A stretch of DNA of 64,000 nucleotides from a virus (IMGVR_UViG_2907905317_000001:4219-68218), one strand, 5' to 3'; numbered from the stretch's first letter, positions 47,222 through 57,861 are shown. Program-made: numbers and translations. The notes: a model not told the origin generated them from the letters alone.

Positions 47222-47681
47222 CCCATTTACTCACCTGTTCGCCATTACTCCACATCTCAACAGGGCGAGTCACCGGCTCCGGCGGTGGCGGCTCCGGGAT
47301 GTTCTCAACGTGCAGCGCGCCGTCGATCTCTTTGACCAGCGTGCGCTCGGTCAGCAACAGGCTGATGCTGACATCGAGGCTGCTGTCGTTATTAATGTCA
47401 GCGTACCAGGCAAATCCTTTTTTTCTCCCCTCGTCGGTTGTCATGATGTCCGGCTGATTGACGCGCAGCCAGGCCATAATCGGCACAAACAACAGGTCAA
47501 TATCGTCGGTGAAATCCGTCACCACGATGTTAAGCGTGTACCGCTTTTCAAACGACAGGGAGCGCGCCAGCGTCGCCGTATTGTTGCCATCGTCCAGGCG
47601 AAGGCAAAGCATATCAGGGTTGGTACGCAGTACCGGCACCGCATCAGTTAAGGCTTTTCGCAGACTCTTGGGCTTTTGCAT
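47214..47681 (-). CDS. R: Tail completion protein gpR
   Basis: MQKPKSLRKAL...LLLTERTLV. Confidence 0.92.
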   Translation of the reverse strand: MQKPKSLRKALTDAVPVLRTNPDMLCLRLDDGNNTATLARSLSFEKRYTLNIVVTDFTDDIDLLFVPIMAWLRVNQPDIMTTDEGRKKGFAWYADINNDSSLDVSISLLLTERTLVKEIDGALHVENIPEPPPPEPVTRPVEMWSNGEQVSKWDE

Positions 47682-47940
47682 CGATTTCATCCTGACATTG
47701 TTTCACCGTATCAACCTGAATTGCGCAACTCTGTAGGGCACTTTCAAGCTGGCGTATATCCGCGCTCAGGTCGCCATTAGTTACCGGGTCGCTTCCCGGC
47801 ATCGGGCAGGGGCTGACCTTCGGGCAGGCGTTGTAAACAATCACCGGCGGCGGCATTGGCACAGGCGGCGCGCTGGTGCAACCGGCGCACAGCATCAGGT
47901 AAATCAGCGCGATACCAGCGGCGAAACGCGTCATTTTCAT
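47644..47940 (-). CDS. lysC: o-spanin LysC
   Basis: Lipobox CAGC, Pro-rich, TNGDL. Confidence 0.85.
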   Translation of the reverse strand: MKMTRFAAGIALIYLMLCAGCTSAPPVPMPPPVIVYNACPKVSPCPMPGSDPVTNGDLSADIRQLESALQSCAIQVDTVKQCQDEIDAKAQESAKSLN

Positions 47941-48208
47941 TGAGTAACCTCGTGATGGTTTGTTCACGCCGGAAAGCCAGCAGGTTAGCCGCTGCAAGCT
48001 TGTCCCTCATGGCGACCTGCGCCAGCTCTTTACGTTGCGACTGCTCTGCGGCAACGTTGAGCTGATTTTTCAGCATGATGATCGTGGTTTTCTGAGTACC
48101 GGCGACCCGGTTCGCACGTTCAAATGAGGCGCGCAAATTGCTGTTATCGTGTCGCATCCACAGCAGACCCGCACAGGCCAGCGCCAACAGGAGAATCGCT
48201 ATCTTCAT
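47777..48208 (-). CDS. lysB: i-spanin LysB
   Basis: N-terminal TM; ENDAFRRWYRADLP. Confidence 0.9.
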   Translation of the reverse strand: MKIAILLLALACAGLLWMRHDNSNLRASFERANRVAGTQKTTIIMLKNQLNVAAEQSQRKELAQVAMRDKLAAANLLAFRREQTITRLLNENDAFRRWYRADLPDAVRRLHQRAACANAAAGDCLQRLPEGQPLPDAGKRPGN

Positions 48209-48702
48209 GCAGTTCCCCCTCCGGCCTTGCGCCACACTGCGACCAGCTTGTCGAGGCTGTGCTCACGCTGACCGTATCCGGCACCCGGCAATGAAGCCCA
48301 GATATTGCGACAGCGGGAAATCGCGCGCTCGATGCTCCCTTGCTGCAAATCCTCCAGCGCGCCACGCTCCCGAATAAGCTGAATGGCGAGCCTGTCCTGT
48401 GATACCGGGCTGAAATCCGGCAAAGCGAGCTGTTTCTGATAATGCGGCCAGAACAGATAAAGCTGCTGGTAACGCCCGGATGCCGTGGATTTTTCCCCGC
48501 GACGATTGAAGACCTTCGCCGGGCGTCCACCGGCGAACGGGTGATCGCGATAATCGGTAAAAATCTCCGGCTTGCCATCGAGACCCGTGACGATAACGTC
48601 GTAACCGTTGTTTCGGGTCAGCGGATGCGTTGCTGTCCCTTCCGAAAACGCCAGCGTGTCGAGGAATGCCGCAACGTTGGGATGTGTCTTAATGACTGCC
48701 AT
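48205..48702 (-). CDS. K: Endolysin, lambda-R/P2-K type transglycosylase
   Basis: AFLDTLAFSEGT...STASGRYQ...DFSP...WASLPG. Confidence 0.92.
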   Translation of the reverse strand: MAVIKTHPNVAAFLDTLAFSEGTATHPLTRNNGYDVIVTGLDGKPEIFTDYRDHPFAGGRPAKVFNRRGEKSTASGRYQQLYLFWPHYQKQLALPDFSPVSQDRLAIQLIRERGALEDLQQGSIERAISRCRNIWASLPGAGYGQREHSLDKLVAVWRKAGGGTA

Positions 48703-48979
48703 CGTTTTCCCCTTTTTTAATCTTGCGCTGGATAGCAAGCTCTACCGCCTGATAACCGGCGATACCCAGCATGGAGCCAAATCCGCACACAGCCGCGGTT
48801 GGCAGGTCTGGAAACTGTACCAGGGCAACCCCGGCCACCATCGAAACAAAGCCACCTAGCAACGTGCGACCAATAAAAAGACGTGCGGTGATCGGTTCAC
48901 CACCGGCCAGCACTTTACCGACGACAATCAGCGCGCCGATTATAAAAAGCGAAATGACGCTTTTTTCCCCTTCCGTCAT
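48689..48979 (-). CDS. Y: Holin (P2 gpY family)
   Basis: Three TM segments, GGEPITARLFIGR. Confidence 0.9.
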   Translation of the reverse strand: MTEGEKSVISLFIIGALIVVGKVLAGGEPITARLFIGRTLLGGFVSMVAGVALVQFPDLPTAAVCGFGSMLGIAGYQAVELAIQRKIKKGENDGSH

Positions 48980-48983
48980 GTGG

Positions 48984-49187
48984 TTACTCCCAGAGGTTTA
49001 TGGTTTCTGTTACGGGGGATGACTTCACATCAGGCAGCTCGATCACAGTGCCATGCGGCAATACTGCGCCGAGCTCGGCTAACCCCGGATTTGCGGCGAG
49101 CACCGACTCGAAGACCCCCTCAGTGCGCCCGTAATACCGGGCGCAAATCATGTCTAGCGTGTCGCCCTGTTGCGCGATGGCCTGCAT
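48984..49187 (-). CDS. X: Tail protein gpX
   Basis: QGDTLDMICARYYGRTEG. Confidence 0.95.
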   Translation of the reverse strand: MQAIAQQGDTLDMICARYYGRTEGVFESVLAANPGLAELGAVLPHGTVIELPDVKSSPVTETINLWE

Positions 49188-49693
49188 CAGATTTGGCTCA
49201 CGATGCAGCGGGGTTTGTCCTGGACGCGTGATACGGCCCAGCGCATGTCACGCCACAGCTCGTCGACAGTGGTATCGATGCTGTCAGCTTTCTTGTCACC
49301 TTTGGCGCTGGCATCCACACCGCGATAACGCTCATAGAGCGTGGCGGTCGCCATTGAGGTGACGGCGCGCAGGTAATAGAAAACGCGCGCACTCTCGCCG
49401 TCGAGATCGTCAGCCGGCACATCGGCAAGCTTGCTAAAACCCCCGGCAATCTGCTGTTCCCGCCACAAAAACAGCTCGGCATTGGTTTCGGCGATGCCAG
49501 TTTTGATGGCCTCACGCAACCGGGCCGGGGCGACGGTCTGCTCAAGTCGCATCCCTTCACGCACGCGTTTCGGGTCGATGTCAGGAAAGAAAAACGTATT
49601 TTTTATCACCGGCTCATCGCTGGCAGGTGGCGGGATGACCACCACGCCACCCGGCTGCGGCTCATCGTTCTTTTTAATAATCAGCGTCGTCAT
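49187..49693 (-). CDS. L: Head completion protein gpL
   Basis: IKNTFFFPDIDP...LWRDMRWAVS. Confidence 0.93.
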   Translation of the reverse strand: MTTLIIKKNDEPQPGGVVVIPPPASDEPVIKNTFFFPDIDPKRVREGMRLEQTVAPARLREAIKTGIAETNAELFLWREQQIAGGFSKLADVPADDLDGESARVFYYLRAVTSMATATLYERYRGVDASAKGDKKADSIDTTVDELWRDMRWAVSRVQDKPRCIVSQI

Positions 49694-49789
49694 GACTACC
49701 TCTGAATAGGTGGGCGGTGGACGCCGGTCTCAGGTCAGGTAAAACCCCCTCATCGACCGGCGTGCCGCCCTGGCGCGGGGCGCATTCTG

Positions 49790-50533
49790 TTAACCGACGG
49801 TCTTTTTCGGGCGGCCACGTTTAGCCGGTGCCGTGGTTTTCACGGCGCGCGGCGCTCTTACCGGGGCTTTAACGACAGTTGCCGGTTTGGGCTTCAGCTC
49901 TCGCTCAAGCCGTTCAATGTCTTTTTTGACGCCTGCCTGACAATCAAGCTGCATCGCTCGCTTGAGGTGGGCCAGCGCGTCGGCGGGCTGTTTGTTGTCC
50001 CGTAGCACCTGGCCGGTTATTTTGTGCAGTTTTGCGCGCACCTCATCAGGCATATCGGCAGCGGCGGTCAGCGCCAGCGTGTCGAGTAGCTGGCTGACGA
50101 CGACCGGTTCACCGGCGGCATGGGCGCGCATGGCGGCGAGTGCCACCTCTTCGGTAAACATGTACTGCGGCGGGCGGCGGTGTTTACCAGGCATGGTCAG
50201 ACCGTACTTAAACGCGTAGCGGGCAATATCCATCGCGCCGCTGATATCGCCGACATCAAGACGCCACAGCATGACGGTCATCACGATGTCATCCTGCGCG
50301 CCTTTGCCCTGTTCCAGCACGCCACTAACCCACGGCAGATAGAACGGCAGCAGCTCGCGCTTTTTCGTGGCTTTCAGCTCTTTACCAAAGATGGCTTTTA
50401 ACGTGCGTTGGTCTGCGGCCAGCTTAACCAGCATCTGCTCGTAGGCAGTGGCATGCCGCAGCGGGTTGTTTTCCCGCTGCGCGGTTTCAATGGCCGAGAC
50501 CCGCATCATGTGACGCTGTGCGGGGCTCGTCAT
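49790..50533 (-). CDS. M: Terminase small/endonuclease subunit gpM
   Basis: MTSPAQRHMMRVSA...DMPDEVRAKLHK. Confidence 0.95.
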   Translation of the reverse strand: MTSPAQRHMMRVSAIETAQRENNPLRHATAYEQMLVKLAADQRTLKAIFGKELKATKKRELLPFYLPWVSGVLEQGKGAQDDIVMTVMLWRLDVGDISGAMDIARYAFKYGLTMPGKHRRPPQYMFTEEVALAAMRAHAAGEPVVVSQLLDTLALTAAADMPDEVRAKLHKITGQVLRDNKQPADALAHLKRAMQLDCQAGVKKDIERLERELKPKPATVVKAPVRAPRAVKTTAPAKRGRPKKTVG

Positions 50534-50536
50534 CGG

Positions 50537-51595
50537 TTAGCCCTCCGGTTGCGCGGCAGAGAAATCGCCCAGCTTGATATTTTCAATGAAGCACCCGGCG
50601 GCGTAGGTTTCGACCACGTAATCGATGTTCATCGATTCGTAGTTTTCCACCTGGTCGAGTTTCGGGTTTTCGATGATGGAGCGGCGGTGACTTTCATCCA
50701 TGAAATAGATGGACAGGTTATCGAGACGCGTCACCATAATCGCGTTCGCCGGGAAGTACGGAACACGCACGGCGGGCAGGTTGCCGATGCGTTTCTGGCT
50801 GATGATGATGTCAGCCGCGAGCGCTTCGCTGTTCGGCTGGTCTTTGTTGACGATCGGGAAATATTTGTCGGCCAGCAGCTTACGGCCCACAATCGCGACG
50901 AGCTCCGAATCTTCCTGATAAATCTCGTCAATCAGGTTGTCGGTGGCATCCATGACCAGCGCATCGAGGTTGACGTAATCGCCGTTTTTACCCACGCGGA
51001 TAACAGCGGAAACGACGTTTCCTTCCTCGTCGACGATTTTGCTCATCACGCGGGTAGGCGCTTCATTACGGTATTTCTGCGGCCAGCCGACGGCGACATC
51101 CTGCAACATCGGATGAGTGGCACGGTCAGAAGTTTCGGCGCGCTCAACGCCGTTGAACCCGGCCATGATGAAATCGAGCGCCTGCCGCTGGATGATGGCA
51201 TCGCGAATACGGCGCTGGAAGTCCTGGAAGCGCGCCCACAAATCCAGCTTTTTATATTTGAAGTGGAAGTCAAAGTTGACCTGATCGCACTCGTATTTTT
51301 TGGACTCCAGCGCGGTAAAGTCGGCTGTTTTACGCTCCTTGCCGCTGTTGGTGTCCGTGGTGCTGGCGATGGTGCCATTGACGCCGACGCCAATTTTTTC
51401 ACCCTTCAGCTCATCCACCGGCACAATATTAATTTTCTGCAAAAAGGCCGAGGACATCTGCACGGTGTTCATCATGGTTTGCGTGACGGACGGCTCGACG
51501 TTGAATTTTTTACTCACGTCGTCCGTGTCGATGCCGTTCAGCTCGGCAACGCGGGACAGGTAGGCATTGAATTTAAAACGGGTTTCCTGACGCAT
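50537..51595 (-). CDS. N: Major capsid protein gpN
   Basis: MRQETRFKFNAYL...LDFIMAGFNG. Confidence 0.96.
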   Translation of the reverse strand: MRQETRFKFNAYLSRVAELNGIDTDDVSKKFNVEPSVTQTMMNTVQMSSAFLQKINIVPVDELKGEKIGVGVNGTIASTTDTNSGKERKTADFTALESKKYECDQVNFDFHFKYKKLDLWARFQDFQRRIRDAIIQRQALDFIMAGFNGVERAETSDRATHPMLQDVAVGWPQKYRNEAPTRVMSKIVDEEGNVVSAVIRVGKNGDYVNLDALVMDATDNLIDEIYQEDSELVAIVGRKLLADKYFPIVNKDQPNSEALAADIIISQKRIGNLPAVRVPYFPANAIMVTRLDNLSIYFMDESHRRSIIENPKLDQVENYESMNIDYVVETYAAGCFIENIKLGDFSAAQPEG

Positions 51596-51668
51596 AGTCT
51601 TTCCTGTTTGGTTAAATCGGGTTGTCTGACCGGGCAAGCCTGTCGCCCGGCGATAAATTCACGACCGT

Positions 51669-52523
51669 TTAGCAGTCGGTCAGCAGCTCATCGCCACCGC
51701 CACCGGTGGAGAGCTTGCGGCGTGGCTGCGTGGTGCTTTCGGTTTTATCCAGCGACGTTTTTAACTGGCTGAATGCCTGGCTGGTCTGGTCGGCCTTCGT
51801 GGTGACGTCCTTTTTCAGCGTCGCAAAGGCATTTTCCAGCGTGGCAAGACGCTGCTCAGTGGCGGTGAGGTTTTCCTGCACATGTTCGCTGACGGTCGTC
51901 ACAGCTTCATGCACATCCTGAAAACGGGCGTCATCGCTGGCCTGTTTGCGGCTGAAGATCGCTTTCACTTTGTCGCTAAGGGCGGTAAAGACATTTTCCG
52001 CCAGGTCTTCAAACTCCAGTTCGGCGAGGGTGGCGACGGAAATCAGGTTGCCCGGCTCGGCTTTGAAGCGGTTGAGGGGGTTAAATTTGGCACCCCGGCA
52101 AAATTCGAGGTATTCGGTGCCGAGGCTGGCCGGGTCATCGGTCACCGCCAGGCCGACCAGGTAGCATTTACCGCTATTGGCGAAATTCGGCTGAATTTCC
52201 ATTGAGGTGTAGACCTTCTGCAATTTTTTATTCATTGCGATCAGGTCATCGGTCGGGGTGATTTTGGCGAATAACGCCAGCTTGCCTTTCAGTACCGAAT
52301 CGTCTTCAATCTTTTCAGACTTCAGCTCAACCACATCGCCGTAACGGCTGAACGGGCCATCCGGCAGGATGCCTTTCAGGTGTTCGAGGTTAATGCGGCA
52401 ACCGTAGACGCGGGGGTCAAAGGTCTCTGCCATTTCCTGAATATCCGTCGCGCTGATAACGCGGCCGTCACAGGTATCGCCTTCGACGCCGATGCGAAAC
52501 CATTTTGAAACTTTTTTTGCCAT
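51669..52523 (-). CDS. O: Capsid scaffolding protein gpO
   Basis: FRIGVEGDTCDGR...DDPASLGTE...LTDC. Confidence 0.95.
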   Translation of the reverse strand: MAKKVSKWFRIGVEGDTCDGRVISATDIQEMAETFDPRVYGCRINLEHLKGILPDGPFSRYGDVVELKSEKIEDDSVLKGKLALFAKITPTDDLIAMNKKLQKVYTSMEIQPNFANSGKCYLVGLAVTDDPASLGTEYLEFCRGAKFNPLNRFKAEPGNLISVATLAELEFEDLAENVFTALSDKVKAIFSRKQASDDARFQDVHEAVTTVSEHVQENLTATEQRLATLENAFATLKKDVTTKADQTSQAFSQLKTSLDKTESTTQPRRKLSTGGGGDELLTDC

Positions 52524-52688
52524 TGTCAGGAGTCCTGATATCGGGTTAACGGGTCGGGGTTAGTTTCCCGACGTCGCCGCCCACCCGCTATCAATCCCGG
52601 ATGGCTTATCCCTCACACAACAGCACCTTAGCGATTCGCATCACCCGTTTCTTTAGCCTTGCCTTGTATCAATCACGGCGAGGCATCC

Positions 52689-54458
52689 ATGACCATCACC
52701 ACCGACACCACTTTATTAAACGACCCGCGACGCCAGGCGGCTTTGTTGTACTGGCAGGGGTTTTCCGTGCCGCAGATTGCCGAAATGTTGCAGACCAAAC
52801 GCCCGACGGTGCAGAGCTGGAAACAGCGCGACCAGTGGGAGGAAACCGCACCGCTGAACCGGGTCGAAAGCACCTTAGAGGCCCGGCTGATTCAGCTCTA
52901 CGCAAAGCCCAACCTGACACCCCACGATTTCAAGGTGGCGGATTTTCTGGCCCGACAGATGGAGCGCTTTGCGCGCATTAATCGCTATGGCCAGACCGGA
53001 AATGAGGTTGACCTTAATCCCAATGTGGCCAACCGCAACAAAGGCGACCGCAAAAAGCCGACAAAGAACTTTTTCAGCGACGAGGCTATCGAGAAACTGG
53101 AAGAGATTTTTTTCGCGGAGTCTTTCGAGTATCAGCTCCGCTGGCACCGCGCCGGGCTTGAGCACCGTATTCGCGACATTCTGAAATCGCGCCAGATTGG
53201 GGCGACGTTCTACTTTTCCCGCGAGGCGCTGCTGCATGCGCTGAAAACCGGCCATAACCAGATTTTCCTGTCAGCGAGTAAGACGCAGGCGTATGTATTC
53301 CGCGAGTACATCATTCAGTTTGCCCGCCGGGTCGATGTCGACCTGACCGGCGACCCGATTGTCATAGGCAACAACGGCGCAAAGCTGATTTTTCTCGGCA
53401 CCAACTCAAACACCGCGCAGAGCCACAACGGCGACCTGTATGTCGACGAAATTTTCTGGATCCCCAACTTCCAGAAACTACGCAAAGTGTCGTCGGGCAT
53501 GGCCTCACAAAGCCACCTGCGCAGCACCTACTTTTCGACACCTTCCACCCTGGCACACGGCGCTTACCCGTTCTGGTCGGGGGAATTATTCAACCGGGGC
53601 CGCGCCAGCGCCAGCGAGCGGGTTGATATCGATATCAGTCATGACGCGCTCGCCGCTGGCGTGGCGTGTCCTGACGGTCAGTGGCGGCAGATTGTCACCA
53701 TTGAGGATGCGCTCGCCGGGGGCTGTACGCTGTTCAATCTGGAGCAACTCAAGCGCGAAAACAGCGTCGACGACTTCCGCAATCTGTTTATGTGCGAGTT
53801 CGTTGACGACAAGGCGTCGGTGTTCCCGTTCGAGGATTTGCAACGCTGCATGGTCGACAGTCTGGAAGAGTGGGAAGACTTTGCGCCGTTCGCCGACAAC
53901 CCGTTCGGCTCCCGCCCGGTCTGGGTGGGATACGACCCTTCGCACAGCGGCGACAGCGCCGGGTGTGTGGTACTCGCACCGCCGGTTGTCGCCGGGGGCA
54001 AGTTTCGCATTCTGGAGCGCCATCAGTGGAAAGGCATGGACTTCGCTACTCAGGCCGAATCCATCCGCCAGCTCACCGAAAAATACAACGTCGAGTACAT
54101 CGGTATCGATGCGACCGGCCTCGGTATTGGCGTCTTCCAGCTGGTTCGCTCGTTTTATCCCGCCGCCCGCGATATCCGCTACACGCCGGAAATGAAAACC
54201 GCAATGGTGCTGAAAGCAAAAGACGTTATCCGCCGTGGCTGTCTCGAATATGACGTCAGCGCCACCGACATCACCACCTCGTTTATGGCAATCCGTAAGA
54301 CCATGACCAGCAGCGGGCGCAGCGCCACCTATGAGGCCAGCCGCACCGAGGAAGCCAGTCACGCGGACGTCGCCTGGGCGACCATGCACGCGCTGTTAAA
54401 CGAACCGCTTACCGCTGGCAGCGGCCAGGCCACATCGTCCATTCTGGAGTTCAACTGA
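52689..54458 (+). CDS. P: Terminase ATPase subunit gpP
   Basis: KSRQIGAT, YVDE, GYDP. Confidence 0.96.
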   Translation: MTITTDTTLLNDPRRQAALLYWQGFSVPQIAEMLQTKRPTVQSWKQRDQWEETAPLNRVESTLEARLIQLYAKPNLTPHDFKVADFLARQMERFARINRYGQTGNEVDLNPNVANRNKGDRKKPTKNFFSDEAIEKLEEIFFAESFEYQLRWHRAGLEHRIRDILKSRQIGATFYFSREALLHALKTGHNQIFLSASKTQAYVFREYIIQFARRVDVDLTGDPIVIGNNGAKLIFLGTNSNTAQSHNGDLYVDEIFWIPNFQKLRKVSSGMASQSHLRSTYFSTPSTLAHGAYPFWSGELFNRGRASASERVDIDISHDALAAGVACPDGQWRQIVTIEDALAGGCTLFNLEQLKRENSVDDFRNLFMCEFVDDKASVFPFEDLQRCMVDSLEEWEDFAPFADNPFGSRPVWVGYDPSHSGDSAGCVVLAPPVVAGGKFRILERHQWKGMDFATQAESIRQLTEKYNVEYIGIDATGLGIGVFQLVRSFYPAARDIRYTPEMKTAMVLKAKDVIRRGCLEYDVSATDITTSFMAIRKTMTSSGRSATYEASRTEEASHADVAWATMHALLNEPLTAGSGQATSSILEFN

Positions 54459-55501
54459 TGAGTAAATACAAAGGCCGCAAGCCGCAGCCACAACAGCGCC
54501 CGCGCAACATGAAAGACAGCGCGCCCCAGAAAGTGGAGGCGTTTACCTTTGGTGAACCGAGCGCCGTGCTCGACCGCCGCGATATTCTGGATTACGTGGA
54601 ATGCGTCAATAATGGCCGCTGGTTCGAACCGCCGGTCAGCTTTAACGGGCTGGCGAAAAGCCTGCGCGCCGCCGTTCACCACAGCTCGCCGATTTACGTT
54701 AAGCGCAACATTCTGGCCTCAACGTTTATTCCGCACCCGCTACTGTCACAACAGGACTTCAGCCGCTTCGCGCTTGATTTTCTGGTGTTTGGCAACGCGT
54801 TTTTAGAGCTCCGAAAGAGTGTCACCGGTCGCCCGCTGAAGCTGGAAGCGTCACCGGCTAAATACACGCGGCGTGGTATTGAAGATGATGTCTATTGGTG
54901 GGTGTCGTCATTCGACCAGCCGTACCCGTTCGCGCCGGGATCCGTATTCCATCTGCTGGAGCCTGACATCAACCAGGAGCTGTACGGCATGCCGGAATAT
55001 CTCAGCGCGCTAAACTCCGCCTGGCTGAATGAAGCGGCGACGCTGTTCCGTCGCAAGTATTACCAGAACGGGGCTCATGCGGGTTACATCATGTATGTGA
55101 CGGACGCCGCGCAAAGCGGTACCGATGTTGAGGCGCTGCGCGATGCGATGCGCAGCTCGAAGGGGCTCGGCAACTTCAAAAATCTGTTTTTCTACGCACC
55201 GCACGGAAAACCGGACGGCATAAAAATTGTGCCGCTCAGTGAGGTGGCAACGAAAGACGATTTCTTCAATATCAAAAAAGTCAGCGCCGCCGACCTGCTC
55301 GACGCTCACCGCATCCCGTTCCAGCTGATGGGCGGCAAGCCGGAAAACGTCGGTTCGCTCGGTGACATCGAGAAGGTGGCAAAGGTTTTTGTCCGCAACG
55401 AGCTCATACCGCTACAAGACCGGATGCGCGAGGTCAACGCGTGGGCCGGTCAGGAGGTGATCCGGTTCAAAAGTTACACCCTCGACACCGAAAGTGACTG
55501 A
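54458..55501 (+). CDS. Q: Portal protein gpQ
   Basis: AFTFGEP...HHSSPI...INQELYGMPEY. Confidence 0.96.
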   Translation: MSKYKGRKPQPQQRPRNMKDSAPQKVEAFTFGEPSAVLDRRDILDYVECVNNGRWFEPPVSFNGLAKSLRAAVHHSSPIYVKRNILASTFIPHPLLSQQDFSRFALDFLVFGNAFLELRKSVTGRPLKLEASPAKYTRRGIEDDVYWWVSSFDQPYPFAPGSVFHLLEPDINQELYGMPEYLSALNSAWLNEAATLFRRKYYQNGAHAGYIMYVTDAAQSGTDVEALRDAMRSSKGLGNFKNLFFYAPHGKPDGIKIVPLSEVATKDDFFNIKKVSAADLLDAHRIPFQLMGGKPENVGSLGDIEKVAKVFVRNELIPLQDRMREVNAWAGQEVIRFKSYTLDTESD

Positions 55502-55506
55502 TTTAC

Positions 55507-55527
55507 GCCGCCTCCGGGCGGCTTTTT
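55507..55527 (+). terminator. Terminator after Q
   Basis: GCCGCC-TCCG-GGCGGC-TTTTT. Confidence 0.85.
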
Positions 55528-55670
55528 CTTACCCCCACACCTGACCGCCTCAGAAGCCCGCCAAGCCCTCGGACGCCCCCGCATCACCCACCGACACCCT
55601 CGCGAACCCGCGCGGCACAGCGACGCGCTCAGGCTGCGAAAATAAATGCGCAAAAGTACGCTGGCGCGCA

Positions 55671-55689
55671 GTGCTTTCCCCGCCACGCC
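55671..55689. other. cos site of prophage B
   Basis: GTGCTTTCCCCGCCACGCC, essentially the P2/186 19-nt cohesive end. Confidence 0.9.
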
Positions 55690-55823
55690 TGCCCGCTTCA
55701 TGGGCTGGTTTTAATGCAATTGCATTACCACGCTACCACCGCGCCAGTTCTGGCTAGAGCTGGTCAAATCAGATAGTCCAGATGCATGCAAAACAATGCA
55801 TCAGAAGCATACCTATTTGTAAG

Positions 55824-56549
55824 CTATGAGATCATTTTGCATAGACTGGCTACCGATGGGCAGTTGAGTTCAAATGGCTTTATTATCTGTTGCTCTTTAA
55901 TTTCCCAAAGAAATCTGAATTCTTTTTGTTCCGCGTAGATATCTTTTGGCTTTACAAAACCTATTGGCCCTGGAGTTTTTTCCAGACCCGTAAGATCTCT
56001 CTTATCGTATATCACCGGCCCCATCGCTCCATTTTTTAATGGAAATATTTTGTAAAGTTCTTCTGAAACTCTGTCGAAGAACTCTTTTGGTTTGGAAATT
56101 TGCACACAGAAATGACCAAAAGTATCATTCAGTTTTGATGGGTTATATTTTTTTGTGGTGCACAATAAAAATGCATCTTCAATTGTCATAACACTAGTAG
56201 CTCGATTAATGCGTATGTTAGAAGAACCGGCCCCAACATGGATTCCAAGACGAGAGCACATTTGTACAAAACTTGCATCTGAGCCGCCGCCAGAGATATT
56301 TGCAACACTGTATGTGTGTTTGGCTTCGCCAGGATCCCCTTGTAAAGGATCTTCGTATGAGCGGCACGTTTGAAGCGTGCTCAACCATACCTTCCCATTA
56401 CATAAGGCTTCTGCATGTGATTTTTCTTTAAAAAATCGATAAACTGGTTTATCAAAATCTTCTGGATGAATTATTTTTGCTGATTTTGATTTCTTCTCGC
56501 GAACATGTGCTTCTTTGCGCTCTTTCTTTAGACGGCTCTTTCTTCCCAT
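55824..56549 (-). CDS. 241-aa hotspot protein, possible ADP-ribosyltransferase-like fold
   Basis: Intact AT-rich ORF next to cos; YRF...CTT...QKEFR motifs. Confidence 0.6.
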   Translation of the reverse strand: MGRKSRLKKERKEAHVREKKSKSAKIIHPEDFDKPVYRFFKEKSHAEALCNGKVWLSTLQTCRSYEDPLQGDPGEAKHTYSVANISGGGSDASFVQMCSRLGIHVGAGSSNIRINRATSVMTIEDAFLLCTTKKYNPSKLNDTFGHFCVQISKPKEFFDRVSEELYKIFPLKNGAMGPVIYDKRDLTGLEKTPGPIGFVKPKDIYAEQKEFRFLWEIKEQQIIKPFELNCPSVASLCKMIS

Positions 56550-56899
56550 TTCTTTTACCTAAAAAAATTGATGACGCTTAACAAAACTTACACTTAAAAA
56601 GTGTAATCCTGTACACAATATCATTACTATTTTACATAGCATCTAAATTATGAAGGTTCAAGACAGCCCTGCTCGTTCTCGCATCAGCAAAATCAATTAC
56701 GATATGTTTGACTACTTTATCATAAGCATTTATGCTGCAAAATGTCATTTTCATAATAGTATGCTGGCCTTCCTTTCAAATCAGACAATAAACTATCAAA
56801 TATGTTTATAAGTGGCATCATCATTCAGGATAGTTTTAATCAGCTTTTCGAGCCCCCTGTAAGCCCCCTCCCGCTGCAGTTCCCTGAATCTTAAGCAGG

Positions 56900-57344
56900 T
56901 TCGGGTTTGTATCAAAGCTGTTTTAGCCATCACAACGTATCCCAACTTTAACTCTACGCTTCTTGAAAAAGTTCACTAACACATGCAGACGTAAAAATCA
57001 TCTGTAGCGCTGATTGTAGAACACCTCGAAAGTTAACATAAATTCTGACGATGGTGTGCTGGCTCTCTCTTTACTCGCCGCAGTAATATTTGAATGTTTT
57101 ATCTGCGAAGTCAAACATTGTCGTAAACGTTTCCGCTTCAACTGCTAGCGCGTCAGTTTTGCCACAGGCGGACTTTTCTCAGTCGGCCATAAGAGTGAAC
57201 CAATAATGCCAAGCGCCAGACAACTGCCGAGGTACACTGCATTGGAGCACTTTCGGTTTGTCATCCAAACAAGCAATGGCTTGATAAAACCTACGATTAA
57301 AGCAATAAAGAGCACTAAAAATAAAAATGTGATTACGGTATCAT
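56900..57344 (-). pseudogene. Decayed membrane-protein gene
   Basis: AAGGA RBS then ATG out of frame with DTVITFLFLVLFIALIVGFIKP...LALGIIGSLLWP (two TM segments), then stop; 3' limit approximate. Confidence 0.55.
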
Positions 57345-57425
57345 TGAGTGTCCTTTATACATATTTCCCATACAAAACAAGCCCATGCTATCAAAGACGG
57401 GGCGAAAGTTGTATTTCTTTCTAGA

Positions 57426-57861
57426 CTAACGCCAGATCTGATCTTCCCATACCTTTTGAAGGATGCTGCCCAAAGCTTCTCGGTCTGACTCTAGTTCAAA
57501 CCCGAGCAGTTTTACTCCTATTATTGACCTTTTTTACTGTCACTCTCGTTGATGGGAAAATTGATTGTACTTGCCGGGTTAACTCGTACAGAAAATCATC
57601 GACAACTTGCTATACACTTTTTGGACTTTATCTAGCGTGATGTTAACTCTCACTTCGCCCCTTTTTTAATCTTTGCTCAACAGAAGTAGTAGAAAAAAAA
57701 CAGAGAAAACAATTTCTTTTCATTAAGTTACCTCTAGCAATTTCCGCAATCAAATTCAACGCAATTTCACGATCTCTTTCCTGACAAACACCCTCCGTCG
57801 TCAGACGCGCAATCATCTCGACCCGTTCAATCATGACTTGCTCGTTTAACTCTCTATCCAC
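57426..57861 (-). pseudogene. tum: 186-type tum/dinI fusion, frameshifted
   Basis: N-part DRELNEQVMIERVEMIARL intact; VNITLDK, IFPSTRVTVKK and ILQKVWED segments are broken up by frameshifts. Confidence 0.85.
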
